64,000 nucleotides of DNA from a bacterium (GTDB lineage: Bacteria; Zhuqueibacterota; Zhuqueibacteria; Zhuqueibacterales; Zhuqueibacteraceae). The stretch lies in the NCBI GenBank assembly GCA_044869275.1, contig JBIOXB010000086.1, positions 32,001-96,000 of the forward strand, given 5' to 3'. This document shows positions 10,386-20,084 of the stretch, piece after piece; positions within the stretch are counted from its first letter, which is position 1, and every line of letters begins with the position of its first letter. Made by a program: the position numbers and the translations under genes. Below the pieces are notes generated by a model, which saw nothing but the letters and a program-made list of their open reading frames with translations, was not told the origin of the DNA and made no database searches.

Positions 10386-11306
10386 ATGCCTGGCGCCGCG
10401 GAAAAATTTTCCATCGCCGGACTTGGCGAAGTGATGTGGGATTTTTACGGGGAAGAGAAATTTCCCGGGGGCACTCCCGCGAACATTGTGTGCCAGGTCC
10501 AGCAATTGGGCGATCGCGGGCTTTTGCTTTCACGCGTCGGCCTCGACGAGTTGGGGGAGGAACTCGTGCAGGCGCTGCAACGTCGTGGCCTATCCACGGA
10601 TTTCATCCAGCGCGATCCCGTCAAAAACACGGGGCGTGTGCATATCTCACTCGATGCTGACGGAGTGCCGCATTATCGCGGCTACCAAGACGTCGCTTTC
10701 GATTATCTCGTGCCTACGCCTGGTTTTGACGAATTGGCGCCGCAGGTTGACGCCGTGGTGTTCGGAACCCTGGCGCAGCGCGCCGAACCCACGCGGCAAA
10801 CCATCTTCCGGTTTTTGCGGGCGGCCACGCGCGCGGTGAAGGTTTTCGATCTCGGCTACGCGCATGCCGATCCGGTCGAGCTGGCGCGCATTCTGCCAGG
10901 CTCTTTGGAAATGGCCGATATTGTGAAGATGAACGTGGCCGAGATGAACGCCATGCAGAAGGTTTTGCGGCGCAGCACCGATGCCGCGCCCGCGTTGATG
11001 GAGTTTTTGATCCAACGGTACGGCCTGAAGCTGGTGGCGGTGACGCTCGGCGCCAAAGGTTGTGAGCTGTTCAGTCCCACTGCAACCTGCGTCCTCCCCG
11101 GGTTGCCGATTCGCGCGATCGACACGACCGGCGCAGGAGACGCTTTCACGGCCGGAATGATTTACCAATTTCTGCGCGGCGCACGTTTGCGCGAAATCGG
11201 TGAATTTGCCAATCTCATGGGCGCGTTTCTCTGTACGCAAAAGGGCGCGACGCCGATATTTGATTTGCAAACGGTGCGGGATTTCCAAAACGCATTGCAA
11301 AAATGA
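10386..11306 (+). CDS. PfkB family carbohydrate kinase (fructokinase-like)
   Basis: GGTPAN and DTTGAGDAF motifs. Confidence 0.9.
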   Translation: MPGAAEKFSIAGLGEVMWDFYGEEKFPGGTPANIVCQVQQLGDRGLLLSRVGLDELGEELVQALQRRGLSTDFIQRDPVKNTGRVHISLDADGVPHYRGYQDVAFDYLVPTPGFDELAPQVDAVVFGTLAQRAEPTRQTIFRFLRAATRAVKVFDLGYAHADPVELARILPGSLEMADIVKMNVAEMNAMQKVLRRSTDAAPALMEFLIQRYGLKLVAVTLGAKGCELFSPTATCVLPGLPIRAIDTTGAGDAFTAGMIYQFLRGARLREIGEFANLMGAFLCTQKGATPIFDLQTVRDFQNALQK

Positions 11307-11316
11307 GGAAGCAAAT

Positions 11317-12303
11317 ATGCCCATTGATTTTCCTGAAAGAACTCGCTTGGCGCATTTGCCCACTCCGATCGAGGCCCTGCCACGCCTGAGCCAATGGCTG
11401 GAAGGCCCGGAAATTTTCTTGAAACGCGATGATTTGACCGGCATCGCCAAGACCGGCAACAAAGTGCGCAAGCTGGAGTACTTGATCGCCGAAGCGCAAC
11501 AGCAAAACTGCGAGATGTTGATCACGTGCGGCGGTGCCCAGTCCAATCATGCGCGCGCCACGGCCGTGACCGCCGCCAAAGTCGGGATGAAATGCCACCT
11601 CGTGCTGCGCAATGCCCTCAGCGGCGATTTGGATGGCAATCTTTTTTTGGATCGCCTCTTCGGTGCGGAGATTATGTTTATTACGCCGCAGGAATACGAG
11701 CAGGTGGATGATCTCATGGCAAAATTGGCGGAGGTGCATGAGGCCAAGGGCCATAAGACTTACGTTATTCCTGAAGGCGGCTCGAATGCCTTGGGTGCGC
11801 TGGGCTACGTTGCGGCCATGGAGGAAGTGGCGAAGCAAATGAAGGCGCAACGCTTTGAATTCGATCATATGATTTGCGCCGTGGGCTCGGGCGGCACCAT
11901 GGCGGGCATGCTGCTGGGACGCAGCGCATTCGAAGTCAAGGCTGAAATCCACGGCATCAACGTGTGCGACGATGCGTCGCACTTTCAAAACCGCATCGCC
12001 AACATCCTGCGCGACGCCAAACGCCGCTTCGGGTTCGATATCAATCTGCAAAAGAATGATATTCGCGTGATCGACGGTTACGTCGGCAAAGGCTACGGTC
12101 TGAGCAGCCAGGAGGAAATCGATCTCATCAAACAAGTCGCGCGTTTGGAAGGCATCTTGCTCGATCCGGTTTACACCGGCAAGGCCATGTACGGCGTAGT
12201 GGATTTGATTCGCAAAGGCCGTTTCCGGAAAGGCGAGAAGATCTTGTTTTGGCACACGGGCGGGATTTTTGGGTTGTTTCCGAAGAAGGCGTTGTTTTTT
12301 TGA
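11317..12303 (+). CDS. dcyD: D-cysteine desulfhydrase family PLP enzyme
   Basis: KRDD, GNKVRKLEY and QSNH motifs. DPVYTGK and HTGG are the desulfhydrase-type residues (ACC deaminase has E and L). Confidence 0.85.
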   Translation: MPIDFPERTRLAHLPTPIEALPRLSQWLEGPEIFLKRDDLTGIAKTGNKVRKLEYLIAEAQQQNCEMLITCGGAQSNHARATAVTAAKVGMKCHLVLRNALSGDLDGNLFLDRLFGAEIMFITPQEYEQVDDLMAKLAEVHEAKGHKTYVIPEGGSNALGALGYVAAMEEVAKQMKAQRFEFDHMICAVGSGGTMAGMLLGRSAFEVKAEIHGINVCDDASHFQNRIANILRDAKRRFGFDINLQKNDIRVIDGYVGKGYGLSSQEEIDLIKQVARLEGILLDPVYTGKAMYGVVDLIRKGRFRKGEKILFWHTGGIFGLFPKKALFF

Positions 12304-12320
12304 TAAGGAGGTATTGCGGT

Positions 12321-12392
12321 TTGATACTCGATCCTCGATCCTGGATGGCCAGTATCAAGGATCGAGGATCAAGCAACGAGGATCAAGCAACG
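12321..12392. repeat. Heptamer-unit inverted repeat between convergent genes (possible bidirectional terminator)
   Basis: TCGATCC-TCGATCC-TGGAT facing ATCAAGG-ATCGAGG-ATCAAGC-AACGAGG-ATCAAGC. Confidence 0.7.
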
Positions 12393-12395
12393 TTT

Positions 12396-12836
12396 TCAAG
12401 CCGCCGGCGGTGGCACATAATGCAGGTATTGATTCATCAGCTCAATCTCCGCGGATTTTTCCCGTATGTCGATGGTCATCAAATCGCGCAGAGAAATGAT
12501 GCCGACTAAGTTGTCTTCGTGGGTGATCACCAAGTGGCGGATATTGTGCGACTGCATGCGCGCCAGGCTCGCGGTGTAGCTATCCTCCGGTTTGGCGGCG
12601 ACAATGTTGGTCGTCATCACTTTCGCCACCGCAATCGAGGCGGGATCGATTTTTTTGGTGACGACGCGTTTCATCAAATCTCGCTCGGAAAATATTCCCA
12701 CCATGCGCTCGCCCTCCATGACGGCCACGGCGCCGATGCCTTTTTCGACCATGTATTGCACCGTCTCCAGCACGGTTTGGGTGCTCTGCACCGTATAAAC
12801 TTCCCTGCTGCGCACAATATCACCGACTGTGTTCAT
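12396..12836 (-). CDS. Stand-alone CBS-domain pair protein
   Basis: GIFSERDL, IRHLV and GIISLRDL motifs. Confidence 0.9.
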   Translation of the reverse strand: MNTVGDIVRSREVYTVQSTQTVLETVQYMVEKGIGAVAVMEGERMVGIFSERDLMKRVVTKKIDPASIAVAKVMTTNIVAAKPEDSYTASLARMQSHNIRHLVITHEDNLVGIISLRDLMTIDIREKSAEIELMNQYLHYVPPPAA

Positions 12837-12886
12837 GGTATCCTCCAGCTTGGGCTCACAGCTTTAATCATGAAAACGGCTTCGAA

Positions 12887-14833
12887 TCACTCCTGCTCTT
12901 CTTGCAAGCGGGCGAGCACTGAGTAATCTTCCAAAGTAGTCGTATCACCAACAGTTTGTTTGCCGGCAGCTATATCGCGCAGCAAACGTCGCATGATTTT
13001 GCCGCTGCGCGTCTTGGGCAACGCTTCGGAGAAGCGAATATCGTCCGGCCGGGCCAGCGCGCCGATTTCTTTGGCCACGTGCGCACGCAATTCCTGGCGC
13101 AACTCTTCCGAAAACTTCCAGCCGCTTTCGAGCGTGACGAATGCGGCAATGGCCTGGCCCTTCAAATCATCGGGCCGGCCCACCACCGCGGCTTCGGCGA
13201 CTGACGGATGGCTCACCAATGCCGATTCCACCTCCATGGTTCCCAAGCGGTGGCCGGAAACATTGATGACATCATCGACGCGACCCATGATCCAGTAATA
13301 ACCGTCCTCATCGCGGCGCGCGCCGTCACCGGTAAAATATGCGCCCGGCACCTGGGTCCAATATTGTTGCTTGAAGCGCTCGGGATCGCCGTAAATCGTG
13401 CGCAGCATCGAGGGCCATGGTTTCTTGATCACGAGAAAACCGCCCTGGTTGTCGGCCACGGGCTTGCCCTCTTTTGTGACCACCTCGGGCAATACTCCGA
13501 AAAATGGCCGCGTGCCCGAGCCCGGTTTGGTCGGCGTCGCGCCCGGCAGCGGCGTGATCATGATCGCGCCGGTTTCAGTTTGCCACCAGGTATCCACAAT
13601 CGGGCAACGTTCGTTGCCGATGATTTTGTGATACCACATCCACGCTTCGGGATTGATGGGCTCGCCCACGGAGCCGAGCAAACGCAAAGAAGAAAGATCG
13701 CGCCGCCGGGGCCATTGTTCGCCCCATTTGATGAACGCGCGAATCGCGGTGGGCGCGGTGTAAAAAACATTGACCTGATACTTTTCCACAATCGCCCACA
13801 AGCGATCAGGCTCGGGAAAATTGGGAGCGCCTTCGTACATCAACGAAGTGGCGCCGTTGCTGAGCGGGCCATAAACAATATAAGAATGTCCGGTGACCCA
13901 GCCAATATCCGCCGTGCACCAGTAGGTATCCTCGTCTTTCATATCAAAAACCCAGCGCGAGGTCAGATTGGTGCCGACCATGTAGCCCCCGGTGGTGTGC
14001 AAAATGCCTTTGGGCTTGCCCGTGGTTCCGGACGTGTAAAGAATGTAGAGCGGATGCTCGGCGTCCAGCGGCTCGGCCGGGCAGTCGGCGGAAGCATTCA
14101 TCATCAATTCATGATACCAATGATCGCGGCCCGGCTCGACCTGCACTTTATTGCCCGCGCGTTGCACCGTCACCACGTGGTGAACCGAGGGGCAGGAGAC
14201 GAGTGCTTCGTCCACCGCTTTTTTCAGCTCGATCACATTGCCGCGGCGATAGCCGCCATCGGCAGTGATCACCAGTGAGGCCTGGCAGTCATTGATACGA
14301 TCTTTCAATGCCTCTGCGCTGAAGCCGCCAAAGACGACGGAGTGGGGCGCGCCGATGCGCGCACAGGCCAGCATGGCAATTGCCGCTTCCGGCACTTGTG
14401 GCATGTAAATGATGACGCGATCGCCCGCCTTGATGCCCAGCGACTTGAGCACGTTGGCAAATTTGCAGACTTCACGGTGCAAATCTTGATACGTGAGCAC
14501 ACGGCTATCGCCCGGCTCGCCCTCCCAAATCAGCGCGGCTTTGTTCTTGCGCCAGGTGGTGAGGTGGCGATCCAAACAATTATAGGAGATGTTCGTCTTC
14601 GCGCCCACAAACCACTTGGCAAACGGCTCCTGCCATTCCAAAACTTTGTCCCATTTCCTGAACCAATGCAAGCCTTGCGCCTGCTCGGCCCAAAAACCTT
14701 CGGGGTCGTCGATCGAACGCTGATACAGCTTTTCGTATTCGTCAAGCGTCTGAATATGTGCTTTGCTGGAAAATGCGTCAGCAGGTTTGAACAGGCGAGT
14801 TTCTTTTAAAACGGATGTAATATCAGCGCTCAT
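12887..14833 (-). CDS. acs: Acetyl-CoA synthetase (acetate-CoA ligase)
   Basis: [20 protein letters not shown] and [11 protein letters not shown] motifs; GGAGG RBS. Confidence 0.97.
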   Translation of the reverse strand: MSADITSVLKETRLFKPADAFSSKAHIQTLDEYEKLYQRSIDDPEGFWAEQAQGLHWFRKWDKVLEWQEPFAKWFVGAKTNISYNCLDRHLTTWRKNKAALIWEGEPGDSRVLTYQDLHREVCKFANVLKSLGIKAGDRVIIYMPQVPEAAIAMLACARIGAPHSVVFGGFSAEALKDRINDCQASLVITADGGYRRGNVIELKKAVDEALVSCPSVHHVVTVQRAGNKVQVEPGRDHWYHELMMNASADCPAEPLDAEHPLYILYTSGTTGKPKGILHTTGGYMVGTNLTSRWVFDMKDEDTYWCTADIGWVTGHSYIVYGPLSNGATSLMYEGAPNFPEPDRLWAIVEKYQVNVFYTAPTAIRAFIKWGEQWPRRRDLSSLRLLGSVGEPINPEAWMWYHKIIGNERCPIVDTWWQTETGAIMITPLPGATPTKPGSGTRPFFGVLPEVVTKEGKPVADNQGGFLVIKKPWPSMLRTIYGDPERFKQQYWTQVPGAYFTGDGARRDEDGYYWIMGRVDDVINVSGHRLGTMEVESALVSHPSVAEAAVVGRPDDLKGQAIAAFVTLESGWKFSEELRQELRAHVAKEIGALARPDDIRFSEALPKTRSGKIMRRLLRDIAAGKQTVGDTTTLEDYSVLARLQEEQE

Positions 14834-15077
14834 GAGCAGCAACCTCCTTCGTCGAGAGAGTTGGATCTGGGTTCAAAAGTGCCAATGATGCAAAGACGCG
14901 GACGCCGCGCCCGCTATAAATAAGTAGCGACGAAAGATCAAAGCGCGGAAGAGAATTTTTGTAGGAAAAAATCAAAAAGGGCAGCCTCAAATCCTGAAAG
15001 GGTACAATAGCCGCAGACCTCGACTCAAATTAAAGGATTATGAGCATAAACTAAAATATTCGTATCGAGCGCGAACA

Positions 15078-16433
15078 CTATAAACCTCTTTCGGAATACA
15101 ATTCCTCTCGATCAATTGTGACTTCACCGCCAAGATCAAATGCTTCGACTTTGAATTCCCGCCGACGTCGTCGGATTTCTTCCTTGCGCTCTTTAATTTT
15201 GTCTAATGGTGTTTCGTTTAGGTTTGTTTCCGATCGTCCACCAATTTCACCAGACTTCCACAATTCACCAAGAGAATATTCCTTGAGCCAGTGTTCCAGT
15301 TCTTTATGGGAAAGGCGCTTTAGCGTGCTCCAACCTTCATCTGATTCGACGACGACGACATCATCGGCATTTTCGAGAAAGGAAATCAAATCGGAAGAAT
15401 GCGTTGAAATGATGATCTGCATACGTTCCGAAGCTTCTTGCAGCACACCCGCCAGCAAGCGGAGCAATTGCGGGTGCAAACCAACTTCTGGGCTATCAAG
15501 GCAAAGTAAAGTAGGAGGTTCGGGATCATAAAGTGCCACTAAGATGCAGAGAAAATGAATTGTGCCATCGGAGAGCAAATTGGCAGTTATAGCGCGTTTA
15601 GGAAAGTTCTTGTCCTTCCATGCCAATATCGTCTTACCTTTCCCTAAATTAGTAGGAAAAGCTATCTCCTCAAATGACGGAAAGGCGCGACGGAGTGTAA
15701 GCAATAACGCATCATAAAAATCCCGATACTGGGATTGATTGTGCAGATGATGCAATACGCTCGAGAGGTTGTCACCATTACGGTTCAAACGTGTAACAGG
15801 TGCATCACTGATCGCTTGAGCGCTGCGCATGGGCAAATTGGGGCTGCTATCAAACGAAGAGTGAACCGCGATATTCGCTAAGACATTCCGTAGTCTGTTA
15901 AGCACTGGATCTTGAATGGCATCTCGAATCTGGGTAATGACCAGGTTAGAGCTACTGGCTTGGTATGCCTTGACCCCATGAGGGTCTCTCAAATCTCTAT
16001 CATCAGGATCAGGAATAGGCGTATGCTCGAGGCCGGATTTATCAACAAACAATGCACCGACAAGCTTCTCTGTAACTATTGAGTATTCTTCATTATCAAT
16101 AGAACCAGAAGGCGAATTCTTGGTAATCCCGACAAGATAGTCACCTTCCTTACGAATAAAGGAAGAGTCTCTTACTTCAGATTCTATGTCAATGCCGCAT
16201 CGAAAGCTCATTCTTTCCACGCCGTTCCAGCTTAGAACTTTGCCGATGCCGCCTCTTTGTGCAACAGCGTGCGAAAGCCCTTGCTTACACGCTTCGGACA
16301 GAAAATCCCAAAAGTCGAGAAAGTTCGTTTTTCCGCTGCGATTGGGCCCAATAAGAACGTTTAATGATCGCAGCGGAAAATCATCTAAGGATTTAAAACT
16401 CTTGAATCCCTGAATGTTGATGGATGAAATCAT
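15078..16433 (-). CDS. ABC-type/AAA_21 ATPase (COG4637-like) with degenerate Walker B and an extra C-terminal tail
   Basis: IQGFKSF, GPNRSGKT, LSDG, LDSPE, STHS and LGELWKSGEIGG motifs; appears more AT-rich than its neighbours. Confidence 0.8.
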   Translation of the reverse strand: MISSINIQGFKSFKSLDDFPLRSLNVLIGPNRSGKTNFLDFWDFLSEACKQGLSHAVAQRGGIGKVLSWNGVERMSFRCGIDIESEVRDSSFIRKEGDYLVGITKNSPSGSIDNEEYSIVTEKLVGALFVDKSGLEHTPIPDPDDRDLRDPHGVKAYQASSSNLVITQIRDAIQDPVLNRLRNVLANIAVHSSFDSSPNLPMRSAQAISDAPVTRLNRNGDNLSSVLHHLHNQSQYRDFYDALLLTLRRAFPSFEEIAFPTNLGKGKTILAWKDKNFPKRAITANLLSDGTIHFLCILVALYDPEPPTLLCLDSPEVGLHPQLLRLLAGVLQEASERMQIIISTHSSDLISFLENADDVVVVESDEGWSTLKRLSHKELEHWLKEYSLGELWKSGEIGGRSETNLNETPLDKIKERKEEIRRRRREFKVEAFDLGGEVTIDREELYSERGL

Positions 16434-16446
16434 TTCTGAACCAAAA

Positions 16447-18723
16447 CTAATTGGTGCTCTTCCCAATCAAATTCAACGCACTTCCCGCCTTAAACCAGCC
16501 AATGGCCGTTTCATTGAAAGTATGATTCAATACGCATGCATTGGTCGTGCCGTCGCTATGTTTGATGATCAGCTTTAGCGGTTTGCCGGGCGTAAATGTC
16601 GTAAGTCCCACGATCGATAGACGATCTTCTTCGCGGATCAAGTCATAGTCCGCCGGATCGGCAAACGTGAGCGGGAGAAGTCCCTGCTTTTTTAGATTGG
16701 TTTCATGAATGCGCGCGAAGCTGCGCGTGATCACCGCGCGGCAGCCGAGCCAGCGCGGCTCCATCGCGGCATGTTCTCGCGAAGATCCTTCTCCATAATT
16801 CTCATCGCCGACCGCAACCCACCCCATTAATTTGCCCGCGAGCAGCAAAGTTTTGTATTCGCGCGCGACTTCTGAAAAAGATTTCACTGCTCCGGTGAGC
16901 ACGTTCTTGCCCCGGCCTGCTTCTCCGGTGAAGGCATTGATCGCGCCGCTGAACATGTTGTCGGAGATGTTGTCGAGATGGCCGCGATATTTCAGCCATT
17001 TGCCCGCGGGCGAGATGTGATCCGTCGTGCATTTGCCTTTGGCTTTCACCAGTACCGGCAGATCGACGAAATCTCGGCCTTCCCAAGGCGCGAAGGGTAC
17101 CAGCGCCTGCAGACGTTCGCTTTGGGGATCTATGACCACCCGCACTTTCGCGCCTTCGGCCGCGGGCGCCACATAGCCAGAATCGCCTGGATCGAAGCCT
17201 CGGGCCGGTAGCTCGACGCCCGTGGGAGGGTCAAGCTTGACGCTCTCACCTTTGTCATTGACCAGGGTATCGGTGAGCGGATTGAAGCTCAATCTTCCCG
17301 CCAGTGCGTAGGCGGTGACAATCTCCGGGCTGGCGACAAAGGCAAGCGTGTTGGGGTTGTCGTCGTTGCGCTTGGCAAAATTACGATTATAGGAATTGAT
17401 GATGGTGTTGCGCTCGCCCGGTTTGATGTCGTCGCGGCTCCACATGCCGATGCACGGGCCGCAGGCATTCGCCAGCACTTTGCCGCCCACGGCGGTGAGC
17501 GTCTGCAATTGGCCGTCGCGTGTGATGGTCGCACGAATTTGCTCCGAGCCGGGAGTGATGGTGAATTTCGACTTGACTTTCAAGCCCTTTGCCAGGGCTT
17601 GCTGCGCCACGCTCGCGGCGCGCTCGAGGTCTTCATATGAAGAATTGGTGCAACTGCCGATCAACGCGACTTTGATTTCATCGGGATATCCGTTTTGCTT
17701 CGCATCCTCCGCCAGCTGGGAAACGGGCCGCGCCAAATCGGGGGTCAATGGCCCATTGACATACGGCTCCAGTTTCGCCAGATCGATTTCAATCACTTGA
17801 TCATAAAACTTTTCCGGCGATTTCAAAACTTCGGGATCGGGGGTGAGATGGTGCGCGATACGATTGGCCGCCTGCGCAACCTGGGCACGCTCGGTCGCGA
17901 TCAAGTAGGTTTCCATGCGCTGGTCGTAGGGAAAAACCGAGGTCGTTGCGCCGATTTCTGCGCCCATGTTGGTGATGGTGCCCTTGCCCGTGGCGCTGAT
18001 CGCGGCTGCGCCTTCGCCAAAATACTCGATGATATTGTTCGTCCCGCCTTTGACCGTAAGAATGCCCGCGACTCTGAGAATGACGTCTTTTGCCGCGGTC
18101 CAGCCGTTCATTTTGCCTTTGAGATGCACGCCCACGACGCCGGGCCATTTCAATTCCCACGGAATACCCGCCATGACATCCACGGCATCCGCGCCGCCGA
18201 CGCCAATCGCGATCATGCCCAAGCCGCCGGCATTGGGCGTGTGCGAATCCGTGCCGATCATCAAACCGCCAGGAAAGGCATAGTTTTCGAGCACGACTTG
18301 ATGAATGATGCCGGCGCCCGGTTTCCAAAAGCCAATGCCGTATTTGTTCGAGACGCTGGCGAGGAAATCATACACTTCTTTATTTTCATCGCGCGCGCGC
18401 GCCAAATCAGCATGCGCACCCAGCTTGGCTTGAATGAGGTGATCGCAATGGACCGTGGAGGGCACAACAGTCTTGGGTATGCTCGCAGTCATGAACTGCA
18501 GCAGAGCCATTTGCGCCGTGGCGTCTTGCATGGCCACGCGATCGGGAGAGAGATTGATGTAAGTTTTCTTGCGCGCGGGCGGTTCCTTCGGCAATTCACT
18601 GAAATGCGCGCACAGAATTTTTTCGGTGAGCGTCAGCGGCCGGTGGTAGAGCTGGCGCGCCGCCGCGATTTTCGCATCAAAAGATGCATAGACGCGTTGG
18701 ATTGAATCGAGGTCGAAAAGCAT
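16447..18723 (-). CDS. acnA: Aconitate hydratase (mitochondrial-like aconitase)
   Basis: [39 protein letters not shown] and [10 protein letters not shown] motifs. Confidence 0.96.
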   Translation of the reverse strand: MLFDLDSIQRVYASFDAKIAAARQLYHRPLTLTEKILCAHFSELPKEPPARKKTYINLSPDRVAMQDATAQMALLQFMTASIPKTVVPSTVHCDHLIQAKLGAHADLARARDENKEVYDFLASVSNKYGIGFWKPGAGIIHQVVLENYAFPGGLMIGTDSHTPNAGGLGMIAIGVGGADAVDVMAGIPWELKWPGVVGVHLKGKMNGWTAAKDVILRVAGILTVKGGTNNIIEYFGEGAAAISATGKGTITNMGAEIGATTSVFPYDQRMETYLIATERAQVAQAANRIAHHLTPDPEVLKSPEKFYDQVIEIDLAKLEPYVNGPLTPDLARPVSQLAEDAKQNGYPDEIKVALIGSCTNSSYEDLERAASVAQQALAKGLKVKSKFTITPGSEQIRATITRDGQLQTLTAVGGKVLANACGPCIGMWSRDDIKPGERNTIINSYNRNFAKRNDDNPNTLAFVASPEIVTAYALAGRLSFNPLTDTLVNDKGESVKLDPPTGVELPARGFDPGDSGYVAPAAEGAKVRVVIDPQSERLQALVPFAPWEGRDFVDLPVLVKAKGKCTTDHISPAGKWLKYRGHLDNISDNMFSGAINAFTGEAGRGKNVLTGAVKSFSEVAREYKTLLLAGKLMGWVAVGDENYGEGSSREHAAMEPRWLGCRAVITRSFARIHETNLKKQGLLPLTFADPADYDLIREEDRLSIVGLTTFTPGKPLKLIIKHSDGTTNACVLNHTFNETAIGWFKAGSALNLIGKSTN

Positions 18724-18975
18724 AAAAATACTCCTCGGCAAAAAGTACAGATGAAATCACTTTCGTCTCGAGCACTGTCTATTTTGATGGGGCCTTGGGT
18801 GTAGCCAAACAAACCGTCACACCTATAACGCTCAATCATATAATGTTTTCGCCGGGGTGATGCTTGAGGCTTGTGGAACGCAGCGTTTTCTTGATGCCGC
18901 TGGCATTGAGGATTGAATCAAGAACTTGAATTTCGGTAGCATGAAGCCGGCCCAATGTACTTAAGCCGATCATGA

Positions 18976-19293
18976 TTATGTCAACCCGCCCGTCTTCAAC
19001 GTTTTCCCCAATACATACTCCACTTCCAAAACATTGCCCTTCAGCCGGCCATTAAAATCTTTGCGGTCGTCAATGATAATATCCGTCACCACGCGCTCGG
19101 CGAATTTTTTCAGCTCTTCGTGACACTTCTGAATCACGAACATCACCTCTTCCCAAGACCCTTCCAGCAAAATGCCCATCGCGGTCAATTGATAATCCAA
19201 TTCGCTTTTCGCGACCAAGGCCACTGCTTGGGCTAGCAATTCTTTGGTTTCCTCGCCCGTGCCGATGGGCGTAAGTCGAAATTCGACCAGCAT
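18976..19293 (-). CDS. MTH1187/YkoF thiamine-binding family protein
   Basis: Family pattern F.LTP.G ... YQLTAMG..LEG.WEEV ... RV ... IDDR. Confidence 0.85.
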   Translation of the reverse strand: MLVEFRLTPIGTGEETKELLAQAVALVAKSELDYQLTAMGILLEGSWEEVMFVIQKCHEELKKFAERVVTDIIIDDRKDFNGRLKGNVLEVEYVLGKTLKTGGLT

Positions 19294-19413
19294 TGCTTTC
19301 CTTTCTCGCTCAGCGGAATTTTGAAAACCTCGTCCCGCCGGCGCGGGAGGGCTTGAGAGTTCAACCCCGCTCGGCGCTAGCAGCGGAACGGGAAAAATGT
19401 AATTTTTTATTTC

Positions 19414-19851
19414 TTAGGCCGACTCTTGCATTTCAGTTTCACTGATGTTCTGGCCCAGCAATTTTACGCCTTCCTTAAAAACCACTTCGATTTTTGTATC
19501 ATTGTGCACTTTGGTGATCACGCCCACACCGAAAGTCTTGTGGCGGATGGCCTTGACCAAACGAAAATCGCCGCTGGTGGAGTAATCCTGGGCATCCTGC
19601 TCGGAGACTTCCAAGATCAAATTGTCCCAGCTCATTCTGCTGCGCCGGCCGCCGCTGCGCGGTGCCTTGGCGGCTTTGGGGGTGGCGGATTTCACGCGAT
19701 ACAACCGGTAGCTATTGCACACCGTGCACATCACGCGCGAGATCTTGCCGTCTTTAACCGAGGTGGCTTTGTGCAGAGTGTCCGCTTTGCATTTGCCGCA
19801 ATAAAATTCAATCTCTTGTCCGACTAGACGTTCGACTTCAGCGTCGCTCAT
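19414..19851 (-). CDS. Hypothetical protein: zinc ribbon plus Tudor-like C-terminal domain
   Basis: CGKC...CTVC, then HKTFGVGVI...KIEVVF; GGAG RBS. Confidence 0.7.
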   Translation of the reverse strand: MSDAEVERLVGQEIEFYCGKCKADTLHKATSVKDGKISRVMCTVCNSYRLYRVKSATPKAAKAPRSGGRRSRMSWDNLILEVSEQDAQDYSTSGDFRLVKAIRHKTFGVGVITKVHNDTKIEVVFKEGVKLLGQNISETEMQESA

Positions 19852-20084
19852 ATTTTCTCCTTGACGTAAGGTGACCCTACCAGATGAAACAACATATAAT
19901 AGTAACACTAATTTTTTTGAAAAACAAGCCCTTGATTTTGAAAAATAGAGATGTAGCGGCAAAATTGCGTTGGGGATTGCTATTGAATTTCAAAATTGCT
20001 ATCATCCGTCCACTTTGTCGGAAGTATTCAAAGCATGCAGCGCGAACGCAAACGATAGCCCGGCGATGAGGGAGGAAAAAAACC

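Noticed and set aside
11317..12303. ACC deaminase
   Set aside because: Has DPVYTGK and HTGG rather than DPVYEGK and HLGG.
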